Assembly (NCBI RefSeq): GCF_009914755.1
Contig: NC_060936.1
Direction: 5' to 3' (one strand)
Source of the DNA: the human T2T-CHM13v2.0 reference genome, Homo sapiens
DNA: 64,000 nucleotides
The position numbers were made by a program, and so were the translations under genes. Under the pieces are notes generated by a model. That model saw nothing but the letters and a program-made list of their open reading frames with translations, was not told the DNA's origin and made no database searches. Shown one piece after another: positions 1 to 14,008 of this stretch (positions are counted from its first letter, which is position 1; the number at the start of each line of letters is the position of its first letter).

Positions 1-306
<306 letters not shown>

Positions 307-415
307 TTATACCCAATGCTACCATCTTTGTGTCTACCTTTCCAGACTTTTCTGTGCTTACATATACATAAAGATATAGAAATATACATTTTCAATAAAA
401 ATAGCATCATGCTTT

Positions 416-660
416 ATTTTAATTTTTATTATTATACTTTAAGTTCTAGGGTACATGTGCACAACGTGCAGGTTTGATACATAGGCATACATGTGCCATG
501 TTGGTGTGCTGCACCCATCAACTTGTCATTTACATTAGGTATTTCTCCTAATGCTATCACTCCCCCCTCCCCCCACGCCCCCGACAGGCCCCGGTGTGTG
601 ATGTTCCCCGCCCTGTGCCCAAGTGATGTCATTGTTCAATTCCCACCTATGAGTGAGAAC
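416..660 (-). mobile_element. 5'-truncated L1PA 3' end with target-site duplication
   Basis: TTATTATACTTTAAGTTCTAGGGTACATGTGCACAACGTGCAGG...CCCACCTATGAGTGAGAAC is the antisense L1PA 3' UTR; GCATCATGCTTT is duplicated at 404-415 and 661-672. Confidence 0.9.
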
Positions 661-1115
661 GCATCATGCTTTTTTTAATGCAACAGTATACCATGGGCAT
701 ATTCCCCACAGGTAGTTGGAGCCATATCATCGGTGTACAGACTGCAGAGTATTCTGTAGCATGGTGGAATATGATAATTTCATCCATTCCCCATGGCCTC
801 CCTCACAATAGAGCTTGTGCACCTACAGAACCTCACAGTGAGAAGTCACCACAGCGCACCACACTGTCCCTTTCCTTATCCCCTTTAACCCTGCCAGATT
901 CTCGTTTGAGACACTGCTAATGGGCCCTCAGGGAGCCAAGGGTGGGCAGAATGAAGTAACTTAATGTGTGCTGGGTCTGGGCCCCCTTGCTGCCTGGTGA
1001 CTCAGCCCACTCCCAGCTGTTCTCTCTTTTCTTTCCTTTGTGAGTGGGGAATCCCAGGGTGGGCGTGGGCATAGGATCCTGCCCTAAGTCCTGATGTCCC
1101 GTCTGGTCCCTACAG

Positions 1116-1280
1116 GAGTTGACAGAGCTGCAGTCCCAGATCTCCGACACATCTGTGGTGCTGTCCATGGACAACAGTCGCTCCCTGGACCTGGACGGCA
1201 TCATCGCTGAGGTCAAGGCACAGTATGAGGAGATGGCCAAATGCAGCCGGGCTGAGGCTGAAGCCTGGTACCAGACCAAG
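1116..1280 (+). CDS. KRT7: KRT7 exon 5 (linker L12 / coil 2 start)
   Basis: tacag|GAGTTG...ACCAAG|gtgtga, 165 bp, [55 protein letters not shown]. Confidence 0.95.
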
Positions 1281-4200
1281 GTGTGAGGCCACCAGGGGCG
1301 TACTTCCTCCTGCCAGGGTCCTTGGTGGCAGCTTCCCTTACTCCTCAACTTGTCTCAAGCCTTCAGGGCCTGGGTCCCACTGTTCTGGCAGGCACCAGTG
1401 GTTTAAGTCTGTGGTGCTCTGCCCTGGAGAAAATCCCAAGATGGGAGGACAGGGCAGAGGAAATAGATATGGATTAATCATTATAATAGCTAAAATATGG
1501 CAAGTACTTACACAGTACTAGGCTCATGTAATTATTGACTCATGTAATCCACAGAACAGCCCTATTAGATAGGCATCATTATTACCCCCATTTTGTTTTA
1601 TTTAATTTAATTTATTTTATTTCTATTTTTTGAGATGGAGTCTTGCTCTGTCACCCAGGCTGAAGTGCAGTGGTGCGATCTTGGCTCACTGCAACCTTTG
1701 CCTCCCTGGTTCATGTGATCCTCGTGCCTCAGCCTCCTGAGTAGCTGGGACTACAGGTGTGCACCACCATGCCTGGCTAATTTTTTTTGTATTTTGAGTA
1801 GAGACGAGGTTTCACCATGCTGGCCAGGCTGGTCTCAACCTCCTGACCTCAGGTGATCCACCTGCCTCGGCCTCCCAAAGTGCTGGGATTATAGGCGTGA
1901 GACACCGCACCCAGCCTATTACCCCCATTTAAAGATGAGGAAATTGAGGCACAGAGAGGTTAAGTAATTTGCCTAACTGCATACAGCTAGTAGATGGAAG
2001 AGCAGGGACTAAATCCTGAATGTGAGGGCCCTAGACCTGGGAGGCTTAATCATCACATCTACTTCATGGTGGCAGGACAGTTGATGGTGCAGGGGCTGAG
2101 GGAGCAGGAGTGGGTGCTGGGGTGAACCAGTGTTCCTGAAGAAGGGATCCCGAGGCAAGGATTGAGAGGTCTGCCCCTGCAGAGATAGAGAGTCATTCAT
2201 GGTGCCTGGGTGAGAACACAAGTATGCCAACAAGAAGACCTGGGTTCAGGCCCTCGTTCCATCACTGATTGGCTGTGTGATCCCTGGGTGGTGCTTTCTC
2301 TTCTCCGAGACTCACTCTCCTCACCTGTGAAATGGGTGTTCTGGGTGTTGAATGGGTGCGAATCTCAAACTCTCAGTGATTCTCCAGCAGAAGGGCATGG
2401 TGGGAGTGGAAGAGCCCTGGGGTCCATGGGGATGGGACTGCGGAGCCTTGTCTGTCCTCCCTGCCTGGCTTGGAGGAGAATGAATCCCTTCCTCACACTG
2501 CTGTCTGGTCTCCTGGCATCGGGCAAAGGTTGATGGGAGTCAGACTGTCCTTCCCTGAAAATATAAGTTGGGAGGGGCCTTGGGTGGGGAGAGGGATGAG
2601 TTACCTGTACTCACTGCCCATCTCTCTGCCATAACTCTCTGTATGGCCCCTCCAGTTTGAGACCCTCCAGGCCCAGGCTGGGAAGCATGGGGACGACCTC
2701 CGGAATACCCGGAATGAGATTTCAGAGATGAACCGGGCCATCCAGAGGCTGCAGGCTGAGATCGACAACATCAAGAACCAGGTGGGACAAGTCCTCCTGG
2801 CTTCCCCTGCTACTTGGGGCATGCAGGGGTGGCCAGCTGAGGCCAAACTCAGGATGTGGAGCAGGAGGTTCCCATCTCCCGGCCAAAGCTGGTGCCACTG
2901 TCTCAGACCCCCTTGTGAGATCTCCAGCACAGAATGTTCTTGGCCAGGTCCTGGCATGGGCTGATGGGAGAAAGGTCCTGGATGTGCACAGAGCCTGTGG
3001 AGGGAGACTCAGGCTGGCTGGCCAGAAGAAAGCCACCACTGGTTCCACATTGATACTGAGCACTCTGCTTGCACCTGGTTCTGGCTGCAGGGCGCTGTCC
3101 CTGGGAGCTCATCATTCATTGCAGGGACAGAGGACAGCAGAAGACCTTATAATGACTCACATGGCCCTTTCCCACCCACTCCAACCTCACTTTCCACGAT
3201 TCCCCTCACTCTGCTCTGGCCATGCTAACCTGCTTCCTGCATCTTGCATTTGCCAAGAATGGTCATGCTTCAGGGCCTTTGCACTTGGCGTTGCCTCCCC
3301 CTGGAATGTGGTTCTCCCAGCTCTGTCCATGGTTGTTGTTTTCTCCTCCCTGGGGTTTAGGAAAAGACCCCTTCTCAGAGACGGCACTCTCAAACACCAG
3401 CCCCTCTATCGGCAGCCTGTCTGAAGTTCTTTGAAGCCCCTGTCACTCTCTGAAATGTTCTGTCTTATTCATTAAGTGATTGATGGTCCCTACCTCCACT
3501 GGAATATAACAGATGCCTGGAGAGCAGGGACCCTGTCTGTCTGGTTCACTGCTCCTCTCTTCCAGCACCTGGCACATGGCAGGGGCACGGGTCTCAGATG
3601 AGAGACTGCCTGGGAGGATGAGCTTTGCTGGAAGCTGGGGTTGGAGGTGTTGATGGGGGAAGGGCCCCCAGCCCTGGCTGAGTAGTGTGTGGCCAGGGCA
3701 GCTCAGCCTGTGCAGGTGTCTGCAGTGGAGAGAGGGGGAGGGCACACATGTGGAAGCTTCGGAAAGCTGATTTCCAGATGAGCTGTGGGTGGTGGGGGGA
3801 TGTGAGGGTGATTTACCCACAAATGTCCTCCCCTTGGAGCCCTGTGGGCCTGTTTACAGGAGGGCGGAGGCTGCCTTGGGGCACAGAGGCAGGGCCGTGA
3901 GTCACCCCATGAAGTGGGCCAGCTTCCAGGCCAGGAGGGGAAGCACAGAATAACAAATGGTGGTTTCCCAAACCCTGCAGCCTCTACTACATCCGGTTCT
4001 CCTCTCACACAACAGGGCGGATCCAGGCCTATAGCCAGGTGTCTACCACCACTGAGGGGCGTCATGGGGAGCTACAAGGGGTCTCCAGAGGCAGCGGGGA
4101 TGGCGTTGGCTCTGGGGGCACCAGTGTGACAGGGCAGGGCACCGAGCTGTGGCCGAGGGGCAGAGTGTCAGAGGGCCTCCTGGGGAATGCTGTCTCTGGC

Positions 4201-7200
4201 AGAGAGGCAGACTGCCTCCACTGAGGGAAGAGGATCTGAGGATAGAGAATGGCCGGTAAGAAGGGAGAGAAGTCCTTGCCCAGGGGACAGGGATGGTGGT
4301 TTTCTGAGCTAAACAAGATGAGGCCTGGGACTATTCAGGCTCCTGGCAGTGGGGGCTGAGCCTAAAGCAGAGGGCACTCTAAGGCCAGGGAGAAAGTGGC
4401 AGCTGCTCCAGGCAGGCACAGGTCTGGAACCAGAGCATCCCTGACCAAACCCGGGGACTGTGAGTCATGCATCTCATGGCATCTGGGGGCATCTAGGAGG
4501 GTCTCTCTGCTCCAGGCCCTCCTATTCTGCGCCTGCTCTCAACTGGTTCCTATTTTATAGGTGGTTTCTGGTCTTTGTCAGCTGCCTGACATCTGGAGAC
4601 TCAATTAAGATCCCATGGTCTTCGAGCTCCTGCAGCTGGGGGCTGGGGCTGGGGGACTGGGGGTTTGAAAATCATAATAGCATTCATTAAAAATGATCAC
4701 AATAGCATTTATTAAGCACTTGCTGTGTGCTAGACATTGTGCCACGGACATCTTGTATATTATCTCATTTCATCCTCAAAATCTCCTGATGTTCTCTTAG
4801 AAAAGAGGGGACTTTGGCTTAGCAGGGTTGATTCATCCATGGTCACATAGCTAGTAAGTGGCAGAGCCAGAACTGGAACATAGGCGTTGGATATCCAAAC
4901 CTATGTGTTTAACCCTTAGGATTCTCTGGTACTTGGGGGAGTAGGTGGTGCCAATGAAGCCACCTTAAGCAAGTTGCCCGGGTGCTCACTGCAGGATGGG
5001 CAGGCAGGAAGGCAGACTGGTGAGCCCCAGCTTACAGCTGCACTGCTGCCCACAGCGTGCCAAGTTGGAGGCCGCCATTGCCGAGGCTGAGGAGCGTGGG
5101 GAGCTGGCGCTCAAGGATGCTCGTGCCAAGCAGGAGGAGCTGGAAGCCGCCCTGCAGCGGGCCAAGCAGGATATGGCACGGCAGCTGCGTGAGTACCAGG
5201 AACTCATGAGCGTGAAGCTGGCCCTGGACATCGAGATCGCCACCTACCGCAAGCTGCTGGAGGGCGAGGAGAGCCGGTGAGGACAAGGAACCTGGAAAGG
5301 GGATGCTTCTAGGGCTCCGTGGGGTTTGGGGCTTGACATTCATCCATTTACAAGCATTTCCTGTATGCCCCTCCTCTGCAGGGCACTGGGTGTGGGGATG
5401 CAGGGAACACAGAGCTGATGCTTGCCTCTTTGCCTTCAATGAGATGACCTTCTAGAAGGAAAGACCATGGAGTGTGAAGCTCAGTGGGCAGGTTGAAATG
5501 ATAACAGTCCCTTTGTGTGTGCGGCTTCTTAGGGTTATCATATTTGATCCTCAGCACACATTCAGGTAGTCAGGTCAGAGACGATTGATTCCTTAGTCTC
5601 CAGAGGGGAAAGCTGTGGTTGAGTTTCATTAATTGAGGGAATAGGGCCAGAGTGCAGTCAGGGTGTGCTGATTCCTGCTCCAAGGATCTTCCAGGACGCC
5701 AGGCTGCTTCTCACTACAGAACTAAGTGCTACATCATGTGGGGCTAACTGACTGTGGTGGAGGGGGATCGTTTTGTTTGTCCCCAGAGATATTTGCAGAC
5801 TCACTTGCAGTCAGAGAGGAGGCTGGAATGGGGGAGTCTGATAGCACATTCTTCATGAACCGCATGCCACCTCTGTCTATGCAGCTGGGCCTTCATGGGC
5901 ATATTGTTGGGTTCGAACTCAACCTCTTCATTCTTGGCTTGTTATAAGACACCATGGCAACAGAGAATACGTAGGACATGTTTCTGCCCTCAGGGAGGTT
6001 GCAGAGGGTGGAGGAGACAAAACATCCACAGAGGAAACCCCCAGAGACCAGTAACTTACATTTGTAAAATGCTGAGTGTATACAAGAACTTATTCTTTTC
6101 TGAGTATTATTCCTAAGGGGCCAGAGAGAGACATGATGGAGGATGAATGGAGCAGCAGGGAAGGGAATGGGGAGTGAAGGGGTGCTAGGGCCGAGGGCCT
6201 GGGTGCTGGGAGGAGAAGAGGAGACACAGGGCCGCAGGGTATGAGTAGGAGGCGGAGAGGAGGAGGAAGGGGCTTTGCCCCTGCTGCTGACCCGCCTTCT
6301 CCCTGGGTTAGCACCCAGTCTTCTTTGTGGGAAGAAGAATTAACACCAAAAGTCTCTGGGAACACAGAAGCTGATCTGGGCACAGGGAGCTCCAGCCAAG
6401 ATGCCTCTCTCTGCTTTCGCCTCTCCCACAGGCACAGGGCCCCCAAATTCTCTACAACCCATACCCTGGGCCTTCTGTTGTCATAGAAGTCAGAGTTGGG
6501 GGACTCTTAGAGTGGTACCTGATCTGGCTTCCTCCCATGGGAAGAAAAGGGGACTGAAGCTCAGAAATGGTCAGTAGTGTGCCCAAGGTCACACAGCACG
6601 CAGAGACATCCTCTTCTGAAAGCTTAATCTCAGTCTGAGCTGCTGTAACCAGGCTTAGATCCGGGTACTCTGAGAGGATATGGTTCCCCCAACCCTGGGG
6701 GGATATGGAGGTAGATACCTTGCTTTTATCTCTTAACTTATCAGAGTTGTGGTCCAGAAACTCATTCAAACTGGGAGGCCTACTTTAAGAATACAAAGTT
6801 ACCAAAAAAACCCCACTTACTTAGAATGAGAAAAGTCACACAGATCACTAGAGCCTTGGACATTCAGGCCTCTTCCGTCTGAGTTCCTTAGGCATCGTAC
6901 CAGAAATTCTTCGAGTTGCTGCCTGACTGCAACCTGGCTCCCTCTCCCCACCCACAAGTGCCAGCAACTCCCAGCACCAGCAGGGGCAATTTAAGCAAGC
7001 CCCCTGGAAGCTTTCAGCAAACCTCTCTCTTTCCCTCAGCCTTTGCTCTGCCTGCTTCCTGGGCTTGGGGCCGCAGAGGCCAGCGAGGCTCCCTTCATTC
7101 CCTCCACCAAAGTGAGGTCTTCCCTGCCCCCACAGAGCAAACTGATCCCCAAGGCCAAGGCCTTGGTGACAATGGGACTGTGAGTCACAAAACAAACATA

Positions 7201-8404
7201 GCCAGCTGTCCCGAATGGATTTTTAATTTCTACTGCAAGACCTGTTTCAGCCCCACTGGCTGCTTAAAGCCACCCCCACTCCCTGCTCCTTCCTTAGTCC
7301 TGGCTGGAGCCCCATTCAATCAGTCAACGATTCACGAATTATTTTGACATATATTAAGCAATGACTTCTCCAGGCCTCATACTGGGGATAAAAGTATCAA
7401 TAGGCCACAGACACCTTTAGGATTTTATGATACGGTGAGGAAAGGCAGCCATCTACATAAATAACACATACAGCTACCATTCACCGAATCCCAGGTGCTC
7501 AGGGCTTTAGACAGATTATGTCATTTAACCCTCACAGGCCCATGAATTTGGTCCTGTAGTTGGGCCCAAGGCATAGGTGGGAAATGGAGGCCCTGAGACA
7601 TTGCCTGGGGTCAGGTGGCCAGTGGATAGAAGGGCCAAGGTGAACACTCCCTTCCTGCATGCCTCCTCGCTCCTTTTACAAGGCTGAAGGCAGGCTGGAA
7701 GTGTGGGGCAAGAAGGAAAAATCAATGATCCTGCTTGGGGCCTGGAAGGAGAGAGGGCTGAGAGCGCTTCCCTCCCACGCTAGGAAAGAGCCGTCCTCAC
7801 TGTCTGTCCTCTGCCCCCAGGTTGGCTGGAGATGGAGTGGGAGCCGTGAATATCTGTAAGTCCTTGGCTGCGGCCCATGGGAAGCATCCCTTGTGCTGTT
7901 TAGATGGGGCTGGGTCTAGAGAATGGCAGACTGGCCCAGGGCCCTGCTGGAGGGGCCAGGAGACTCCTTCCTTTCTACAGGGATTGACAGGTCCCCTGGA
8001 GCACATACTGCCAGGCTCAATGGCCTGGGAAGCACTACAAGAGGGCAGGGTGGGGCCAGGAGCACCTGGGGAGCAGCCCTACCCCTGTCAGATGCTCCTT
8101 CTGGGTTGGCCCATGGAGGGGGGCAGGGGTGAGGGAGAGGGGCAGCTGGGGCAGGAGGGTGGGGTGCAGTGAAGGGATGGGGTCCCTGGTAGGGAGCCTC
8201 ACGCTGAAGAGAGCCCTCCTCTTTTCTCTCCCAGCTGTGATGAATTCCACTGGTGGCAGTAGCAGTGGCGGTGGCATTGGGCTGACCCTCGGGGGAACCA
8301 TGGGCAGCAATGCCCTGAGCTTCTCCAGCAGTGCGGGTCCTGGGCTCCTGAAGGCTTATTCCATCCGGACCGCATCCGCCAGTCGCAGGAGTGCCCGCGA
8401 CTGA
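1116..8404 (+). CDS. KRT7: Keratin 7 (type II), 3' part of gene: exons 5-9; exons 1-4 lie upstream of the window
   Basis: Exons 1116-1280, 2656-2781, 5056-5276, 7821-7855, 8235-8404, all AG/GT bounded, sizes 165/126/221/35; helix termination motif [15 protein letters not shown]; tail [56 protein letters not shown] recognised as K7. Confidence 0.96.
1594..1916 (-). mobile_element. Alu inserted into a MIR element
   Basis: Antisense Alu; TATTACCCCCATTT duplicated at 1580-1593 and 1917-1930; flanks carry the MIR core (GATGAGGAAATTGAGGCACAGAGAGGTTAAGTAATTTGCC). Confidence 0.92.
2656..2781 (+). CDS. KRT7: KRT7 exon 6
   Basis: tccag|TTTGAG...AACCAG|gtggga, 126 bp, [42 protein letters not shown]. 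Confidence 0.95.
3180..3600. mobile_element. Degraded L2-like element
   Basis: L2-typical motifs CAGGGCCTTTGCACTTG...CCCCTGGAATG and GAGAGCAGGGACCCTGTCTGTCTGGTTCACTGCT...CCAGCACCTGGCAC; boundaries approximate. Confidence 0.55.
4690..4920. mobile_element. MIR element
   Basis: AGCATTTATTAAGCACTTGCTGTGTGC...ATCTCATTTCATCCTCA...GGTCACATAGCTAGTAAGTGGCAGAGCC; boundaries approximate. Confidence 0.6.
5056..5276 (+). CDS. KRT7: KRT7 exon 7 (coil 2B end, helix termination motif)
   Basis: cacag|CGTGCC...AGCCG|gtgagg, 221 bp, ends [21 protein letters not shown]. Confidence 0.96.
7821..7855 (+). CDS. KRT7: KRT7 exon 8
   Basis: cccag|GTTGGCTGGAGATGGAGTGGGAGCCGTGAATATCT|gtaagt, 35 bp, [11 protein letters not shown]. 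Confidence 0.93.
8235..8404 (+). CDS. KRT7: KRT7 exon 9 coding part (tail domain, stop TGA)
   Basis: cccag|CTGTGATGAAT...GACTGA; frame continues from exon 8. Confidence 0.95.
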
Positions 8405-8529
8405 GCCGCCTCCCACCACTCCACTCCTCCAGCCACCACCCACAATCACAAGAAGATTCCCACCCCTGCCTCCCATGCCTGGTCCCAAGACAGTGAGACA
8501 GTCTGGAAAGTGATGTCAGAATAGCTTCC

Positions 8530-8535
8530 AATAAA
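8530..8535 (+). terminator. KRT7 polyadenylation signal AATAAA
   Basis: AATAAA about 125 bp after the stop codon. Confidence 0.88.
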
Positions 8536-9666
8536 GCAGCCTCATTCTGAGGCCTGAGTGATCCACGTGCCTGGTATCCTGGCTTCATGAGGCTGGGCAG
8601 GGGAAAAGACGGGACTAGAGAAGGCAGGGTCTCCCTGGTGACTAGGAAGCCTTTTGTGCAGGAGACTGAGAAGGCACATGGTGGGATGGGGTGCTGCTCT
8701 AAGGAGCAGGACGCTTACCTAGGGTGAGCCTTGGCCTCCAGGTCTGGGGCTGATCCCAAAGATTCTCCTGAGGAAGCCCAGAAGAGCCACGGGGAAATGC
8801 AGGCTCTGCCAGCAATTGGGCCTTGGAGGGCTGCCCTGCTAAGGGGGTGGAAAGGCTGTTTGCCTCCCTCCCCCCATGCCCAGAGCTGCCAGAGCACATT
8901 CCTTTTGTGAGGAGGCCACAGACGTTCAGCTGCCCCAGCTTCCAGTTTCGGGTGGCCCAGCCAACTTTCATGCCAGCCGTCCTCAGCCCTTCCTGGTGCT
9001 GGGTCTGCCAGGCTCATGGTCAGCCAGGCCTGGGGCCCTGGAGAGGTCCTCTGCATCTTGAATTCTGTGGAGGTAGTGGTTGTGGGGGGGAGGTGTGTGT
9101 GTGCATGGGAGGAGGGTCCTAGAGTCTAGATCCCCGGTAACAGGTCTGTGCCTAGGACCTTAGTGGAGGGATGGGTTTGTATCTGGATCCATGGGAGTGG
9201 GGAAGGACATCTGTGTTAAGTCAGTGCTTGATGGGGGCTTCTATGTCAGAGTCCCCGACACACAGGTCTGTGTGTCTGTGAGTGTGGCAGGTGTTCTGTG
9301 GCAGGGCCTATGCATGGGGAAATGTGTCCCTGATGGGCAGCAGCACATATGATGGGTACTGTGGAGCCACAGGGAGGTCTCTGTGTCTGGGACCCCAGGG
9401 GTGATGGTGGTGGTGTGGATGGGGGAGCTATGTGGGATGTGTTGGCTTCTGGGAGGAAGTCTGTATATTTGACCCTATGGTCAGGGAACTTTCAAATGCT
9501 GAGGTGGGGGCTGGGGTGGAGAGTGGAAAAAGTGGACCAGCAGCCACAGTGATGGGGTTCCCACCCAAGGTGTCAGGAGATCCAGGCCCTCTCCCTCCCG
9601 ACTAAGAAGACCAAGTGGGCAAGAGGAAGGAGAGACTCTCAGGGCACAATGCATATGATCAGGAGC

Positions 9667-9672
9667 TTTACT
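9667..9672 (-). terminator. Candidate variant polyA signal (AGTAAA) of KRT87P
   Basis: CAGTAAAGC on the minus strand about 440 bp past the KRT87P stop; I saw no canonical AATAAA between KRT87P and KRT7. Confidence 0.35.
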
Positions 9673-10466
9673 GGAAATGCTGAGACAAGCACAGGGGAGA
9701 GGGAGGGAGCCAGGCAGCCAGGCAGGAGAGGTGGCCTGTCCTGCACGTGTATTAGAAGACATTGGATTAGAAGGCACAGCAAGTCCACACCAAGGGGCTC
9801 CAGGCCCATCTGTCCCTCAGAAGCCACAGGCATCCAGGCCTCCGGACCGGGGTCTTTACCTAGGGCTGCGAGGACAGTCCTTTAGATTCGGGGGTTGGGA
9901 GAGCTGCGGGCTAGGAGCCCTGTGCTCTCGGAAGCAGTGAAGGGACTAGCGGGCGGGGATGCGAGACAGGAAGGCGCGGCGTGGGGGCCGATGGGGAGGC
10001 TGGGCCCCGAAGCCCTCCTTCCCCACGTCTGGGGACCGTGGGAGCTCCGGGCTGCCTCTGGAGGCAGAGGCTGCTGCTGGTGAGGCGGCGTCGGTACAAA
10101 GTGGGGCGCTCAGGCGAAGCGCACGGAGCGGCCGCTGCCGCTGCTCTGGCCGCAGGGCGCACACAGGCCGGTGCTCACCGCCACGTTCCCGCTGCAGGGG
10201 GCACTGCAGACGCTGCCCGTCACCGGCCGGGAGCCCGACACGCACAGGTCCCCGCATAAGACCCCGCCGCGGGAGCTGCTGACACCTGCCAGAGGGGGAG
10301 GACAGGGCCCAGTCTCCTGGCGGCCAGAGACCCCTTCTGCTCAGAGCTTCTCCCCTCTGTTTCTATGCGCGCCCCTCAAACCCTCACATGGGCACTCCTT
10401 CCTGCAGTCTTAGCCTCAGGCGTCCTTGATACACTGTTAGCCCAGGTCCTCTCTATAGGCAGACAT

Positions 10467-11368
<902 letters not shown>

Positions 11369-11419
11369 GCTAATTAAGTTACTATAAGCACTCACTGCCC
11401 CACTCCATCTTTCCTTTTA

Positions 11420-11620
11420 GAGTCTGCAAACTACGGCCACATGCAGGCTTCCTGTTTGTCAATCAAGTTTTCTTGGAACCCAGTCATACCGCTTCCTTCA
11501 AGTATTGCCTTTGGCTGTGGCTGCTTTACATGACAACGGAGTGGAGCAGTTGAGGCAGAGACTACATGGCCCACGAGCCTAAAGTTTTTACTATCTGAAG
11601 CTCTAAGAAAAAGTTTGCCT
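11420..11620. mobile_element. MER58-like hAT-Charlie fossil
   Basis: GCAAACTACGGCC...GAGACTACATGGCCCACGAGCCTAAAG...AAAAAGTTTGCC. Confidence 0.55.
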
Positions 11621-12811
11621 GCCCAGAACCCCAAGCTGTTATTTCAGGACCCACAAAATGGATTACTTACAGACATTTACAGCACCAACGCCCTCACACA
11701 ACCTTATAGGGAAAGCAAAGAGACAGAAATTAGTTGTGGGGAGCAAAGCTGGTGAAATCTGTTTAACCTGCAAATTCTCTCCTCCAATTAGCGTTGATGC
11801 ACATTCCAAGTAAATAATATGCAGACATGCTCCTGGGTGTTGAAGCACTGCAGCACTGCCTGGGGGAAACTGAGGGGACACCCTCCCCACAGCTGTGGTC
11901 CTCACCTCTGCTCCTCGCCCTCCAGCAGGCGCCTGTAGGTGGCGATCTCAAAGTCCAGGCCAGCTTGGAGTTCATCACCTCCTGGTACTCCCTGATCAGG
12001 CAGGCCATGTCCTGCTTGGCCTTCTGCAGGGCACCCTCCAGCTCGGCCAGCTTGCAGCGGGCATCACTGAGGGCCGCCTCACCCTGCTGCTCAGACTGGG
12101 CCACCGCGGCCTCCAGCTTGGAGTTCTGGGAGGCAAGGGAGGGTTATTAAGGATCTCTGTTCTGGCTTCAGGGTCAGAGGCCAGGTAACCACTGACCACT
12201 GACTAGCAGAAGAAAAAGAGGCCTTGTCTATTTGTTAGGCCAGGGGTTGCAAATTAGTGCTCCCAGGCATGTTTGCACAGTGTCTTCAATTTTGGAAATT
12301 TAACACAATAATTGAAATTCTTGGCTTCTTTCAAAAGATCAGAGGATCTGGCCACACTGGACCTGCATTTCTGCATGGCCTGCCTCAGTTGGATCTGCCT
12401 AGCCCTGCCTTTTGTGCTTTCCAGTTTACCATAGTCCCTATCATACCCAAGTGCCTTGGGAACAGCTTGCTTGCTTCGCTCATTTACTAACCCCATTGAT
12501 GTCTGAATGTGTGATCACTGATCTAGAACAACAGGCCAGAGAGGTTAAATGCCTTTCCCAAGTCTCATGGCAAACTAGTGGCAGAGCTTGTTTGAGAGCC
12601 CAGGTTTCCTGCCCCTTAGACTGGTGCTATTTCCTCTGCCCCACTCTGCCCTTGGAAGCACCTCATTCCCTCCATATTGCCCCAATGCCTCCATTCAGCG
12701 AGAATGGAGAACGTTTTCCATGGAGGAGGCTGTCTGTCCTCATGCTGGGTGTTTGCCCTTGTCCCCACACACTGGCAAGGGGTCTAACCCAAATCCCTCT
12801 GCTGAGGGCTA

Positions 12812-13000
<189 letters not shown>

Positions 13001-13834
13001 TTATGAGGCTCAGGGTGGGACCTCCCATCCATTCAGGACACCACGGATGATTGTGCTGGTTGTGCAGTGCTCAGCCTGTGCAACCACACATGGCAGTCCT
13101 GCCCTGCTACCCCAACCTCAGAGAGGCAGCCCTTATCTTCCCATCCGTAGGGACCAGAATCCCCAGAAAAGGAAGCCTATTTAATAGGTACCTTGCATCC
13201 CTCCAACTGCCATGTCTAGCAGGCAGGTGTCCTGTGCCACTCACCTTGCTGCGGTACCAGGACTCGGCCTCGGCCCGGCTGCGGGTGGCAATGTCATCGT
13301 ACTGAGCTTTGATCTCAGTGATGACACAGTGCATGTTCAGGTCCCGACTGTTGTCCATCTTGACGACCACTGAGGTGTCTGAGATGTGCGACTGGAGAAC
13401 GCGGATCTCCTGCAGGAGATGGGGAGTGGCAAGAGCTTCTTAGACCAGAGCCCTACTCTTGGTAGCCCACCCTCATCATCATCCCTTGTCCCCTTTCCCT
13501 GCTTCTTCGATGTCTGAAGCCCCACCCTCCCAGTTACAGTCTTCCACCTCAACCCTGGGACCCCCTCAGGACTCCTCAAGCCCAGAGTCCTGAGCCTAGA
13601 GGACTTGGAGGTAGAGAGTCCATGTCTGAGGCCCAGTGCCTGATTTTAATCAGGACCTTCCAGCTTGAACCTTTGGGTCTAGGACCAGAGTTTACCACCT
13701 TGTGGCAATTGTCACTTTAGTAACCAGGAACACCAGGTTGCCTGGGGCATGGCAGTGGGAGGTCAAGCCACACTTCTTCACCTGCTCATGGTGAACCTGC
13801 CTGGGGTTTCTCCCCTTGTCCCACCATAGGGTCA

Positions 13835-14008
<174 letters not shown>

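Noticed and set aside
5161-5163. KRT7 codon reads Ala (LQRAKQ) where I recall Gly in some reference sequences
   Set aside because: Ala is the family consensus and probably a common polymorphism; recollection not verifiable here
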